In this document: piece by piece, positions 42,296-53,504 of the stretch | Position numbering within the stretch: the first letter of the stretch is position 1 | Layout of the letters: each line of letters begins with the position of its first letter | Virus record (IMG/VR): IMGVR_UViG_3300037418_001469 | Reading direction: 5' to 3' (one strand) | Source of the DNA: a virus | DNA length: 64,000 bases | Notes under the pieces: model-generated | Told to the model about the DNA's origin: nothing | The model's database searches: none | What the model saw: the letters and a program-made list of their open reading frames with translations, nothing else | Translations under genes and position numbers: made by a program

Positions 42296-43072
42296 ATGAT
42301 AGATTTGATTATGCAATATGGATACTTAGTGCTTACACTAATAATTATGGAAGGACTACTTTCGGCTGATAATGCCCTAGTCCTAGGAACAATGGCAAAG
42401 AAAGCAGGTAAGGAGAACGAAAAGAAAGTTCTCATGTATGGTATGTTTGGTGCAGTTGGTTTTCGTGCAATCTGTATCTTACTAGGAACAACACTAATTA
42501 AGTTTTGGTGGTTGAAATTGTTTGGTGCGTTATACCTAGCAAAGTTAGCCATTGGTCATTTTACTAGTAAAGACTTAAACGAAGATGGCATTGACGATAA
42601 CTATCAAGATACCTTGCTACATAGGTTCTTAGGAAAGTTTGGCATCAGGCTAAGCGTGTTTTGGACGACTGTTATCTCAATCGAATTGATGGACTTGACA
42701 TTCAGTGTTGACTCTATCCTAGCTTCACTTGCCATTAGCGACAGTTTCTATGTATTACTTCTAGGTGGTGTCCTTGGTATTCTAATGATGCGTGGTGTAG
42801 CACAATTCTTCATTAAACTAGTTGAGAAAGTGCCAATCCTTGAGCATACAGCATATATCCTAATCGGCATTATTGCTATCAAGATGTTCTTAACAACTCT
42901 TGGTCACTTGGGAGAGTGGCTAGCTAAAGCAGGCGAGTATCTGGTAGGTGTTGGAGATATTGAGGTGTCTTCCCTAATCTTCCTTGGTATCTTAGTTCTG
43001 ACATTCCTAGGTACTTTTGTTGTTAATGCTTTTATGAAGAAGGAAGAAAAGGTAGAAGTTGAGGGTGCTTAA
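42296..43072 (+). CDS. terC: TerC-family membrane protein
   Basis: EGLLSADNALV, IELMDLTFSVDSI, multiple TM segments. Confidence 0.92.
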   Translation: MIDLIMQYGYLVLTLIIMEGLLSADNALVLGTMAKKAGKENEKKVLMYGMFGAVGFRAICILLGTTLIKFWWLKLFGALYLAKLAIGHFTSKDLNEDGIDDNYQDTLLHRFLGKFGIRLSVFWTTVISIELMDLTFSVDSILASLAISDSFYVLLLGGVLGILMMRGVAQFFIKLVEKVPILEHTAYILIGIIAIKMFLTTLGHLGEWLAKAGEYLVGVGDIEVSSLIFLGILVLTFLGTFVVNAFMKKEEKVEVEGA

Positions 43073-43300
43073 TGCACCCTTGATGCAAATTGTGACGCGA
43101 GGAGGAATGGAAAATGATTAAAACAGTTGATGAATTGATTAATGAATTAGAAAAGTATAGAGGTAAAGAAATTGTTGTAGGCGGTATGTTTGTTAGCCAT
43201 ATAAAAGAAGTTGCAATAAAAGAGGAACATGTTCCTAATCGTCCTGACAGAGTTTTTATTAAAATTCATTAAGACGCTATTCGAAACAAAAGACGAAGTA

Positions 43301-43401
43301 TCCGAACAAGGGTTAACAGTAGGCGAGACTGCAATCCTCTAACCCTGCGTCATAGAAATATGGCAACACCCAAGCACGAGCGAGAGCAAGTGTAGTACGG
43401 A
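43301..43401 (+). ncRNA. Candidate ~100-nt multibranch structured RNA
   Basis: TCCG/CGGA closing stem; AGGGTTA/TAACCCT; GTCATA-GAAA-TATGGC; GCAC-GAGCGAGAGCAA-GTGT; GC-rich intergenic island. Confidence 0.5.
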
Positions 43402-44104
43402 GTTAGGCAGTCCATTTTTTAGGAGGAGATAGAAATGAGGTTGATAAAGCATAAACCACTTAAGTTAAGAACTGAACATAGAAGACATTATAATGATGAT
43501 GATACAGTCAGAGAAATTGATGTATTAAGAGCCGATATTGAAGAACTTTTTGATATAAAAGAAATTTGGAGAACAACTAAATGGTTGACTGAACAGACAG
43601 AACATGGTTGTGCAAGATTTGATTTTGCCGTATATTGTATGGCTACTAAGATAGCTAAACGTGTTTTAACAGGAGAAGAATTAAAAGAACTAGAAGAATA
43701 CAATAAAGATACTATGTTGTTTAAGAAGAAAGAAAGAGAAATGCTATCTGATAGTACTTATGGCGCTATTAGAAAGTATGTTTTTAAGTGTTGGAAAGAA
43801 TATGAGAAGTTTAACATGTTGAAATTCACTAAGGTTCAATATACAAAAACTTTTGGTTGGGGTAGAAGAAAAAGAAGTTATACTTATCATGAAACAGCAG
43901 TAAAACTAACTGAAAAAGGAAAGAAGGTTGAGGTATGACGAAATTTAATGAAGAATCAGAAGAAATTGTAATTGTAAGCAAGTCAGGAGCAAGAACACTT
44001 ATGCCTAGTTTGTGGATGGCAAAGTCATATGCAAAAGGTATATGGAAAGGCAGTGTAGATAGAATCGAGATTAAAACAGTAATCAAAGTTGAGGATGAAG
44101 AAGA

Positions 44105-44808
44105 ATGAAAAAGTTACTAATACTATTGTTTATGTCACTATTACTAGTAGGTTGCGAAAGAGCATATGCCCACAAGGAAGGTGAGTTCATAGGTAATATA
44201 CATGTTGAATCTAAGAATGACGAAGAAGTAGCCCTATTTAAACAATCTAATGGTAAGATTTTAAATCTCTTTTGGAAAGATGATAAGCCTATTGAACTGA
44301 AAGTAGGAAAGAAGTACAGAGTAACATATCAGACTAGTGATGATTTTACAGATTATTTAGAAATAATTGACTTGGAGGAGATAAAATGAAAAAATTAGCG
44401 TTTATTATTGTATCATTAGCAGTATTGGTATTGTCGGCTTGTGGAGGTCTACAACCTAGAAAATATAATAAGACTGTAGGCTCAAGTACTAGTAATGACA
44501 CAGTATTGTGGGTTAATAGTGATGGAACAGATTGTGACTTAGGAGATTTTCTAGAAGGTGACAAGGATTGTCATAAGACCAAGAAAACTGTTTACTATAA
44601 AGCCCCAAAACAATCAGTTATATCTAAATTGAAGAATAAACTAGGCAAGACTAAGGCAGTTGCTACACCTAAAGTAGCCACACCTAAGACTACAGTTAAG
44701 AAACCTGTTAAGAAAACAGTGACATATAAGCGAACTACACCTAGAAAGAGTTCATACAGTAAGCCAAGAACTAGGTCATTCAGTAGTCATACACGAAAGA
44801 GGCGATAA
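44105..44808 (+). other. Two predicted lipoproteins (44105-44389; 44386-44808 with Lys/Arg-rich tail)
   Basis: Signal peptides with lipoboxes LVGC and LSAC. Confidence 0.75.
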
Positions 44809-44810
44809 TT

Positions 44811-45242
44811 ATGCAACAAATTAAATTTTGGGGAGCTGACCGCCCCAACGGTTTTCTAAGTAACTTTTACTTTAGTTCTATGAAGATTGATGGAGTTATC
44901 TACCCCACAGTGGAACACTACTTTCAATCAATGAAGTTTGAAGGAACTGGATATGATGAATACATCAGAAACCTTAGATACCCATCAGAAACAGCTAGAG
45001 AGGGTAAGCGCAGAGACCTTCCACTTCGCCCTGATTGGGAGGAAGTAAAGGAAGATATTATGTATAAAGCCTTAAAAGTTAAGTTTAACAACTACACCCT
45101 ACAGAAAAAATTACTGGAAACAGGAAATAAAGAACTTGTTGAGGATTCTCCGTATGATTCTTATTGGGGTGTCGGAAGGAATGGAACTGGTAAGAATCGT
45201 CTAGGTATCTTGCTAATGAAACTAAGAGAGGAGTTGAAGTAA
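44811..45242 (+). CDS. NADAR-family (YbiA-like) hydrolase
   Basis: FLSNFY, YPTVEHYFQSMKF, RPDWEEVK, LVEDSPYDSYWG, GKNRLGILLM. Confidence 0.93.
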   Translation: MQQIKFWGADRPNGFLSNFYFSSMKIDGVIYPTVEHYFQSMKFEGTGYDEYIRNLRYPSETAREGKRRDLPLRPDWEEVKEDIMYKALKVKFNNYTLQKKLLETGNKELVEDSPYDSYWGVGRNGTGKNRLGILLMKLREELK

Positions 45243-45970
45243 TATGAAATTTGCATATTACAATGATACTAATAGAAATGTAGGTATTCACCCTGCTACG
45301 ATTATCCATGGTTGCGAAGTAGATATGGAAGTTATCAAACATGGTGAGGTTAGAGAGTTTACACTTCCCGAAGGAACATATCCTTGGGTAAAGATGTGGG
45401 ACTATGGTGATAAACATGGTCTACAGATTCTCGTTTCCCCACGCAGTTTAGACAATAACAGTGGTGTAAAGCATGAACCTTTATATGAACTATCTAAGGA
45501 AGAAGCACATAATATTATTGAGCATTTGAAGAAAATAAATCCGCACGATAAAAAGGAGAAATAATATGAAAACAATAATGGTGATAGGTGAGAAACAAGA
45601 ATTAACACCTGAACAAATGAAATATGTATTAGACAAGATTCACAAGGAGGAGTCGATAAATGAAGACGATATGTGAACATGATTATGTGTTTTATCAACT
45701 ATTAGATAGGTGTAGCCCTGTTTTGGTTGAGTTCATATGTACAAAATGCGGAAATATTATTGAGGAAGAAGACTAAGGAGTGGTAACATGAATATTGAGA
45801 AATTGTTAGAGTGGAAAAGAATTTCTGATTTAAAAGAAAAATGTACTAGCGACCATACCATGTGCGACAGGTGTAATGAACAATTGTATTTCTGTGATTG
45901 TTGCAAATACTTAGCAGATGTAATTATCTTAGAAAATTACGATTTAATATTAGATGCTTTAAAAAAAGAT

Positions 45971-46000
45971 ATGGGCTAGAAGTTAACTAGCCCATCTTTA
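45971..46000 (+). terminator. Probable intrinsic terminator
   Basis: ATGGGCTAG-aagttaa-CTAGCCCAT then CTTTA. Confidence 0.55.
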
Positions 46001-46107
46001 CTATACCATATAGAGTCTAATATTCCTTGACAATAGCATATTTTTCTTATAGAATATAAGTATTAGAACCGAACCACTAGAAACATTTAAAAAGGAGAAA
46101 AATACTT

Positions 46108-47127
46108 ATGACAAGAAAAAAAACCGTTGAGGAAATTTGTATTGCAATAAAGGAAATGTATGGATATGAATTAATATCTAAAGAATACTTAGGAAATAAA
46201 GAGCCAATAATAGTTAGTTGTGGAAAATGTGGAGAATTTGAAACAACATTTAACTATCTTATTAGAGGAAGAGGACTATGTGAATGCTATAAAAAGAGAG
46301 TACAAAAACACGATATTGGTAGTATAAGGCTAGAATTTGAAAAAGAAGGATACCTGCTTCTTTCAGACAAGTATGAAGATAATAAAAAACCACTATGGTT
46401 TATCTGCAACAATGGTCATAAAACTACCACAACCTATGCTCAGTTTAAAAAAGGTCAAAGATGTGGACAGTGTTTTGGAAACATAAAAAAAGACATCGAA
46501 TTTGTAAGGCAATATTTCAAAGACAGAGGTTGTGTATTAATTAGTAGAGAATATGAAGACGAACACTCACCGTTAGTATTTATGTGCGATTGTGGTAGTA
46601 AAGCTATTACAACTTGGAACAAATTTCAAAGAGGTTGCAAATGTAACAACTGTAGATATCAAAGAGCAAGTCAATCTCTATATAAAAATGGAACTGTGCC
46701 ATGCTCAAAAGGTCAATATCTAATCCATTCAATAACAGGCGGAGAGATAAACTATCCAATATCTCACTATAATGTAGATGTAGCATTATTAGATAAAAAA
46801 ATCTTCCTAGAGTTTGATGGTTTTGGGCATGATTTCCAAGTTAAAAAAGGTCAAATGTCTAGAGAAGGATTTGAAAACAGAGAAAAAGCTAGGCACAAAA
46901 ATATAGCAAAAGAAGGTTGGAAAGAGATTAGAATATTGTGCTATGAAAATAGAGCACCTAGCAAGGAGATTCTTTCTAAAACAATACATCTTGCCATCCA
47001 ATATTTGTCAGTTAATGAGGATAGTAAGTTTATTATAGATTTAGATAATGGTCTATTAGTCTATGGCGGAGGTAAGTTCATCATTGACCTAGGTAGAAGA
47101 AAGCATATAACACATAGAATGTTATAA
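46108..47127 (+). CDS. Zn-ribbon-repeat plus Vsr/PD-(D/E)XK endonuclease (homing-endonuclease-like)
   Basis: Three repeats of L(I/L)SxxYxxxxxP(I/L)xxxC...C..C; C-terminal DVAL..IFLEFDGFGH..GWKEIRI. Confidence 0.75.
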   Translation: MTRKKTVEEICIAIKEMYGYELISKEYLGNKEPIIVSCGKCGEFETTFNYLIRGRGLCECYKKRVQKHDIGSIRLEFEKEGYLLLSDKYEDNKKPLWFICNNGHKTTTTYAQFKKGQRCGQCFGNIKKDIEFVRQYFKDRGCVLISREYEDEHSPLVFMCDCGSKAITTWNKFQRGCKCNNCRYQRASQSLYKNGTVPCSKGQYLIHSITGGEINYPISHYNVDVALLDKKIFLEFDGFGHDFQVKKGQMSREGFENREKARHKNIAKEGWKEIRILCYENRAPSKEILSKTIHLAIQYLSVNEDSKFIIDLDNGLLVYGGGKFIIDLGRRKHITHRML

Positions 47128-48102
47128 GCTATCTGTTATACCGTTTGTATACCATATATCTTCAAGTATTTTAACATGCCTACTTTGGGGTACAAGTCTT
47201 CGTTTTCCTAATGAGTTCCTGTACTCCTTAAACGTATCTACATAAAGTTTATCATATGTCGTAGACATAAAGTTTAGATTGGTGTTTATTCTTCTTGTAT
47301 AGTCTATTAATTCCTTTGCCTGTTCATCTTTGTGAAATATAAAAAGAATTATAGGAAAGCCATTAAACAACTTAGACCACTTCTCGTTTCGCCATTCACC
47401 ACTGGCAAAATACCTTCTATAGTTATTGACTTTTCCTAAAATTGTTTCAATAGGCTCAGTTGCATTATCACACTCTAAATAGAAAAACTTTGAATCTCCT
47501 CTAGCTGTATACTTGTATATACAGAAAGCATCAGGTATTAACTTTCCTTGATGAACTTTATTATCCATAGTGAAATGAAACTTCTTCATTTGCTCTGTAT
47601 CGAATCTAATTATCTCTCCTATTGTTCCTTCATCAGTATATCCTAATTGACGATTTAGAACGTGTAGTAAGGCTTTGAAATCTATTATCTTTAAATAGTG
47701 GCGATAATGTTGAGGAATATAATCTCTCTTGCGAAATTTAAATTGTTTCTTAGTGTATCCTAGTTTACTTGCTAATGCCATAGCACCTGCATAATCAAGA
47801 ACATAGTGAGCCTCTGACGAACCTGCATCACGTTCCACTGGTGGATACCATCTATCAATACAATTAGCCTTATAGAGCCTTCTGAGTCTGTCATTTGCTC
47901 TGTTCCTCGAATTTGAAATCTTTAGGTCGTTAAATATCATCATTTCAATCTGACTCGTGTTTAAAAATTGATGTTTGACTAATAGTTTGAGTATTTCATA
48001 GTCTCGGTCTGTTATCCAAGATAAGGACTCGACATATTCATTTGTAATTCTAATATTTTCTCTTTCATATTTAGTAATTGTACGTTTTTCAGGCACAAAC
48101 AT
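47122..48102 (-). CDS. Replication-relaxation (Replic_Relax) family protein
   Basis: ITDRDYEIL..FLNTSQI..RLRRL..HYVLDYAG..HYL..PDAF..FYLECDNATE..K..NY. Confidence 0.85.
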   Translation of the reverse strand: MFVPEKRTITKYERENIRITNEYVESLSWITDRDYEILKLLVKHQFLNTSQIEMMIFNDLKISNSRNRANDRLRRLYKANCIDRWYPPVERDAGSSEAHYVLDYAGAMALASKLGYTKKQFKFRKRDYIPQHYRHYLKIIDFKALLHVLNRQLGYTDEGTIGEIIRFDTEQMKKFHFTMDNKVHQGKLIPDAFCIYKYTARGDSKFFYLECDNATEPIETILGKVNNYRRYFASGEWRNEKWSKLFNGFPIILFIFHKDEQAKELIDYTRRINTNLNFMSTTYDKLYVDTFKEYRNSLGKRRLVPQSRHVKILEDIWYTNGITDSL

Positions 48103-48351
48103 TTAAACTCCTCCTTGATTTTTTTTGGACTATCTGTTATAATATAATTATAAGATGAAACGGAGATGATAATATGTTAGGAGTAGTACTTGCATTAGCA
48201 GTAATAATCTTAGTTGCCCTGTTGATGATTATTATTGATTTAAATGAAAATTCTTATTTGTGTAAACACATTGCAATGATGTTTCTAGTTATAGGATTGA
48301 TTGTTTCATTCTTTGCAATAGTAACCGCAATCGGTTAATAAATTATATGAT

Positions 48352-50768
48352 TTGGAGGTCGGTATTATGTTGCCTTTAGATGTGTGGTCTAAAAACAGAC
48401 GTAAAGAGCATGAAAGACAAGAAGAAATTGATACATTAAGAGAAAAAGCTAAGAAGTATGACGAACTACAAAGTTGGTGGTGGTGGCTAGAAAGACGCAC
48501 ACATAATGGCAAGACTACCAATGGAAACATCAGGACATTCTTAAATGGCATTGAAGAATACTTTGAATCATATGAGGAGGAAAATAAATGATAGAATTTA
48601 TACAAACATTGTCAGGAGTCTACACATTAGCAAATCTGGTTATGGTATATATAATGCTTGAATATATCTTCACTTACTATGATATCGTAGGCTTTAGAGT
48701 AAAACATCTAACATTAGCAATACTATTTCTACCTTCTGCTTTGCTTACTGCGATTTTATTTTTATTGGCTATATTAGTGGCGGTAATTACTAACGCAGAT
48801 TTTTGGAATAAGAAGTTGTTCTAGATGATTGCACCAATAGTAATGCTTATCAGTGTTGTTGTTATTTTTCTTGTATTCCTATATTTAATAATATTTAAGT
48901 AGAATAAGGAAGTGGTAGCATGAGAAGAAAAATTTTAATTGTATTACTTATTATAGCTGTTCCATTGGTCTCGTATTATGAAGGTTTTAAACATGGTGAA
49001 GCAAGTGTATACGAAAAAGCTAAAAATGATGCAAAATTACTAGACATGTATAAGTGAGGTGATTAAATGATTACACTATCAGTTATTGCTTATTTGATTA
49101 TTGCATTGATTATAGCAATTACATATCAAAAAGACAATTATATTAATAGACCATCTTTCTTAAAGAGACTTAGAACAGGATTATTATGCCCTGCAATTCT
49201 TGTCTTGGTATCATTCCTCCTTGTTATGCTTTGTAAACTATTTTTTATTTTGTTCACATGGTTACTTTATACAATTTTTTGGATTGGAACAAATATGCCT
49301 TAAGGAGATGATTAATATGGAAGTTAAAGAGAGTTATCGTGCTACGATAGGTGGATTGCATGTAATAACCGTTTACACAGGAATTGGTGAAGTTTTTACA
49401 AGTATTGATAGTGTAAAAGCAAAAAATCTTAGCGAAGAAGATGCTCAATGGTTGCTAGAAAATACAGATGCAAAAGTAACAAAGGTTCGTGTCACAGTAG
49501 AAGAAATTGAAATTAAGGAGATGATTGTTGATGAAAAATAAATTAATTTTATTTTTTGGCTTAGCTTTATTGGTAATGTCTTTAGCTTTAGGATTGGTAA
49601 ATATCTATAGTGGTATTTCGCTTATCATAGGAGGAAGGTTTGTCTTGATAGGCTTTCTGTTTACAATTTGTCAGTTAGCTATCTTTTATTTTCTCTTCTT
49701 TAAACCAGTAATAGATACATATAAAAAATATAAAAAATCCAAGAAAGTAGGCATATAATATGAAGAGATTTCTTAAATCATTATTAATAGTTTCAATGGT
49801 TGGTAGTCTATTAGCAGGTTGTACATCAGAGGCAGATACGGTTTCAGAGAACCTATCAAAGTCAGCAGATTCATTTGAAGTGCAACGGAGAGTAATTTTC
49901 GTAAATGGTATAACAGACAAATACCTACTTGAGATTGACGGACTATGTTCTATTACTGACGAAGGAAATCAGCTTGAAGTAACATGCAAGGTTGGAGAAG
50001 GTCTATACAAAAAGCATTTCCTAGGATTAAGTGACAATGTTACTTACTTTGTAGAACAAACTGACGCAAAATATGAGGATGCTTATCACTACAAGGTGTT
50101 ATTCCGTCCCGAAGAAATCATTCCTGATATTGACTTACAAACAAGCATAACGGATAAGGATTAATACTATGATAGTATCTTTTATTATAGCGTATATCTT
50201 GTCAGCAAGTTTTAATTTGGCTATGTGTATTAACCATTACAAAGAAAAAGGTAGCACTAAGGATTTCAACTCTGCTGATGTAGTTCTAATATTTATGCCT
50301 TTTGTAAATGTTATTGTAGCTATTGCAATAATCATCTACGATGTGATGCTAGCAATATCATTAAGAGAAAAGAAGAAGGAAGGTGCAAAGAAATGATAAA
50401 AGAATATGTTATAGCTTATTATGGCAAGAAGTATACAAAGGTATTTAGCAATCCTAGAGGTTGGCATGACCAATACATAGGAGAAGGAATTATTCACGAA
50501 GTAAAATTTGATAATCTACCTAGAGTAGAACATATCAAGCTTTACAAACCAAAAGAAGAATATGCATATGCTAGAATTGAAGAAAGGTATTATTCATATG
50601 AATGAGGTCAGAATTGAACTGACTGAGAAAGACATACAAACAGCTATTAATGACTATCTACATAAAAAATATCCTAATTTTCAATTAACTGGAATGTGGT
50701 TAAAATACAATGGAAACTACTGTGGTGGTCATGTTAATGGATATTTAAAGGACAGAGAGGGAAAATAA
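48352..50768 (+). other. Block of small membrane and hypothetical genes between relaxase and coupling protein
   Basis: Multiple short hydrophobic ORFs with RBS; promoter TTGATT-N17-TATAAT at 48115. Confidence 0.65.
49760..50164 (+). CDS. Conserved phage lipoprotein
   Basis: Lipobox LAGC followed by EADTVSENLSKSADSFEVQRRVIFVNGITDKYLL. Confidence 0.75.
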   Translation: MKRFLKSLLIVSMVGSLLAGCTSEADTVSENLSKSADSFEVQRRVIFVNGITDKYLLEIDGLCSITDEGNQLEVTCKVGEGLYKKHFLGLSDNVTYFVEQTDAKYEDAYHYKVLFRPEEIIPDIDLQTSITDKD

Positions 50769-50784
50769 GCCCCTCTCTTTTTTT
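50754..50784 (+). terminator. Intrinsic terminator between convergent operons
   Basis: AGAGAGGG-loop-CCCTCTCT followed by T-run. Confidence 0.75.
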
Positions 50785-50878
50785 ATAGTTTTCTTCGGAC
50801 AACCTTATATAAGAATACTCCTACTACACCAATACCAAAGAGCGTTCCTACCGTTGGCATAAACATAATATCTCCTCC

Positions 50879-53278
50879 TTAAACTATATCTTTTAGGTTT
50901 TTAATAAGTTCTTCATCTAATTGAGCCTCGTAATCCATTTCGTCTTCTTCGACTAGTGCTAAGTTCTGTAACACATCTTCGTATCGTTTTTCTACTATTT
51001 CTTCTACTTCATGGAGTGGTTTAGCGTATAGCTTACTGCTCCTTTCTGCTATTTCTTCAATATTTCCTGCTATATTATCTCTGTTGGAATCATCACGCTT
51101 ATGAAAATTAAATGGAATCTTGATAGTAAATGGCGAAGTAGGTTGACCGTTAATGCTAACCTGTGCGACACCATGAAGATTAGGGAAGTTACGCAGTTCC
51201 TCCTTCTTGTAGTAGTCTTTAAATATTGATGCGTATATATCTAGGTCGTCCTCACCGATTTTTAAGGCGCAGATATTTGGTTTGTTTCCTATCAATGCCT
51301 TAAAAACTTTCTTATTGTTAGCTTTAATTTGGTCTAAATATTGGAATCCTAGGATAATACCTAGTCTAAATTTTCGTGACTGTGACAACATGATAGGGAA
51401 GTTATCATTGATTACATCATCTGCTTCATCACTAGCTAGAAAACAAGGTTTTCTTTCATGTATTGGCTGATTTACCCTTGACAATGCGGCTAGCCAAATT
51501 TTACTAACAACTAGATTGGATATTAGTTGCCAACTTCCTACTAAAGTTCCTTTAGGTATAGTCACTACCACTATTTTACCTGTGTCCATCATCTCACGAA
51601 AGTTATAATTTTGAGTTCCTTGGCAAAGTATGTTTCTAACCATAGGAGATTCGATAAAACTTCCTATCTTGTTAATGCTAGGCATGACCATTTTCATCTT
51701 TTGACTTACGTTATAGTTAGTTTGGAATGTATGCCAAAATGACCAACAGAAAGGTGCTTTGTTTCTAATTTGCATAGTAACCTCGTCACGATAAGAATCA
51801 TCAACGAGCATACGGAACATCTCCATAATTGTACCTCCTGTTTCGATGGTTGCTGTGATATTGTTTCTAGTGATATATTCAGTTTGTGGTCCAAAGTTGA
51901 TTCCATACATTTTTTTGAAGATAGATATTAGCTCATTTTTAGCTATGTCCTTAACAAACATTTCATCTACACGACTTTGATTTTGGTCTTTTCCTAGTGA
52001 CACAAACTCAAGTAAATCTAAGGAAGGTGGATTAAGTAAATCTCCAAAGTTGAGCCAAACAACTCTGTGATGTTCGGAAGGTGGAATCTGAGATAAAAAA
52101 TCATTTGTCATATCTCCTTGTGTGTCTAGCAAGATTACAGAGTAGCCTGCTAGCGCTCTTGCAAGCATCATATTAATAATCATACTCGTTTTGCCTGCAC
52201 CCATGCCCCCCGTCAACATAAATGGATGAACGAAGTCCTCCATATTCTCAGGATTCATAAAGGTTTCAAGTAGCTCTGAATTATACATACCATGAGCAAA
52301 AAATAATCCTTTGTCTAGTCCTTGTGGAATAGGTAGCATCTTGAGAGTTTTCTTCAACTCAGGTACATTAATATTCTTATTAGCTAACCTGATGATTGGT
52401 GATAATTCCGATGTGGTTACTATATCATTTGTCCGTTTATCAATACTCCTCTCTCTAATGAACTTCATGGTCTGTTTTGCTTTTGTCTTAACCCTCCTCC
52501 ATTCATTGTCTGAATCCAATTCAATAAAACTATTAGCTAATTCTGATATCCTTGTAGCACTAATATTAGGATTGGTAGATTCAACTGCTAATCTAATACT
52601 TGTATTAAAGGCAGGCATGGCTATCTTCTTTTGTGTTCCTTTTAACTCCTCTCTTTCTATTGGTGTATTCTTTTTTTCGCTACTATCTGATAATCCGTAC
52701 ATAGACTCGATAATCTTAAATAAGCCACCGATAGAGTATAATATTCCACTCAAAAGCTTTCTTCTCGGTTTGTTCGGCTTAATTCCTTTGAAAAGCATTT
52801 CACGATATTTAGTGTAAGCCTTACCTTGCCATATATTGTTGATGGGCAACATGGTAATCTGTAAGAGCATTTTCTCATCTTCTTCAAGTCTGCTCATAGA
52901 GTTTAATATTGAATTTAACGGTGTGTCTCCTGTATTTATTTTTGTCGCAAACATGTGATGTTTGTGGAGTTCCATCTTAGCTGTGAAAGGTTTCACAAAC
53001 TTATTTGTGTAGTCTTGCTCAATTGTTCTTACTTCGGCACTAGGGTAAGCGTCTTTTATTCGACTCTTAATCAATCGTTCTAGTCGGCTCGGAACAACAA
53101 CATAAAAACCAATTTTATCCTTCTCAGCAAATATCTCCCACGATATTCGTGTGGGATTTCTCCAATTTCTTTTTTTGTATGGCTCGATAGTACGATAGAA
53201 GGAACGGAGAAGTCTCTCCGAATCCTCTAAAGTACTACCGTCTAACATATTTGACATTTCCATAATTACGTTAGACAT
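50879..53278 (-). CDS. virD4: VirD4/TraG-like type IV coupling ATPase
   Basis: Walker A GGMGAGKT, LLDTQGD, Walker B LASDEA, LSQSRKF, FQYLDQ. Confidence 0.8.
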   Translation of the reverse strand: MSNVIMEMSNMLDGSTLEDSERLLRSFYRTIEPYKKRNWRNPTRISWEIFAEKDKIGFYVVVPSRLERLIKSRIKDAYPSAEVRTIEQDYTNKFVKPFTAKMELHKHHMFATKINTGDTPLNSILNSMSRLEEDEKMLLQITMLPINNIWQGKAYTKYREMLFKGIKPNKPRRKLLSGILYSIGGLFKIIESMYGLSDSSEKKNTPIEREELKGTQKKIAMPAFNTSIRLAVESTNPNISATRISELANSFIELDSDNEWRRVKTKAKQTMKFIRERSIDKRTNDIVTTSELSPIIRLANKNINVPELKKTLKMLPIPQGLDKGLFFAHGMYNSELLETFMNPENMEDFVHPFMLTGGMGAGKTSMIINMMLARALAGYSVILLDTQGDMTNDFLSQIPPSEHHRVVWLNFGDLLNPPSLDLLEFVSLGKDQNQSRVDEMFVKDIAKNELISIFKKMYGINFGPQTEYITRNNITATIETGGTIMEMFRMLVDDSYRDEVTMQIRNKAPFCWSFWHTFQTNYNVSQKMKMVMPSINKIGSFIESPMVRNILCQGTQNYNFREMMDTGKIVVVTIPKGTLVGSWQLISNLVVSKIWLAALSRVNQPIHERKPCFLASDEADDVINDNFPIMLSQSRKFRLGIILGFQYLDQIKANNKKVFKALIGNKPNICALKIGEDDLDIYASIFKDYYKKEELRNFPNLHGVAQVSINGQPTSPFTIKIPFNFHKRDDSNRDNIAGNIEEIAERSSKLYAKPLHEVEEIVEKRYEDVLQNLALVEEDEMDYEAQLDEELIKNLKDIV

Positions 53279-53504
53279 TAGTGAACCTCCTTTTCATTTT
53301 GTATGATTGCATTAGGGAACATTTCTAACATATCCTCCTCACTTTCAGCAGTTAAGATAAAATCAGCATCCACTAAATCCATAAAGGCATTAGCAACAAT
53401 AACTGCTTGTAGGTTTGGTTGTTGTGCTAATGTATCTTCAACAACCATTGTTATATCCATTATTGCTACGTCTTTTTCACTTTCTTGCCAAACTACGTAT
53501 ACTC

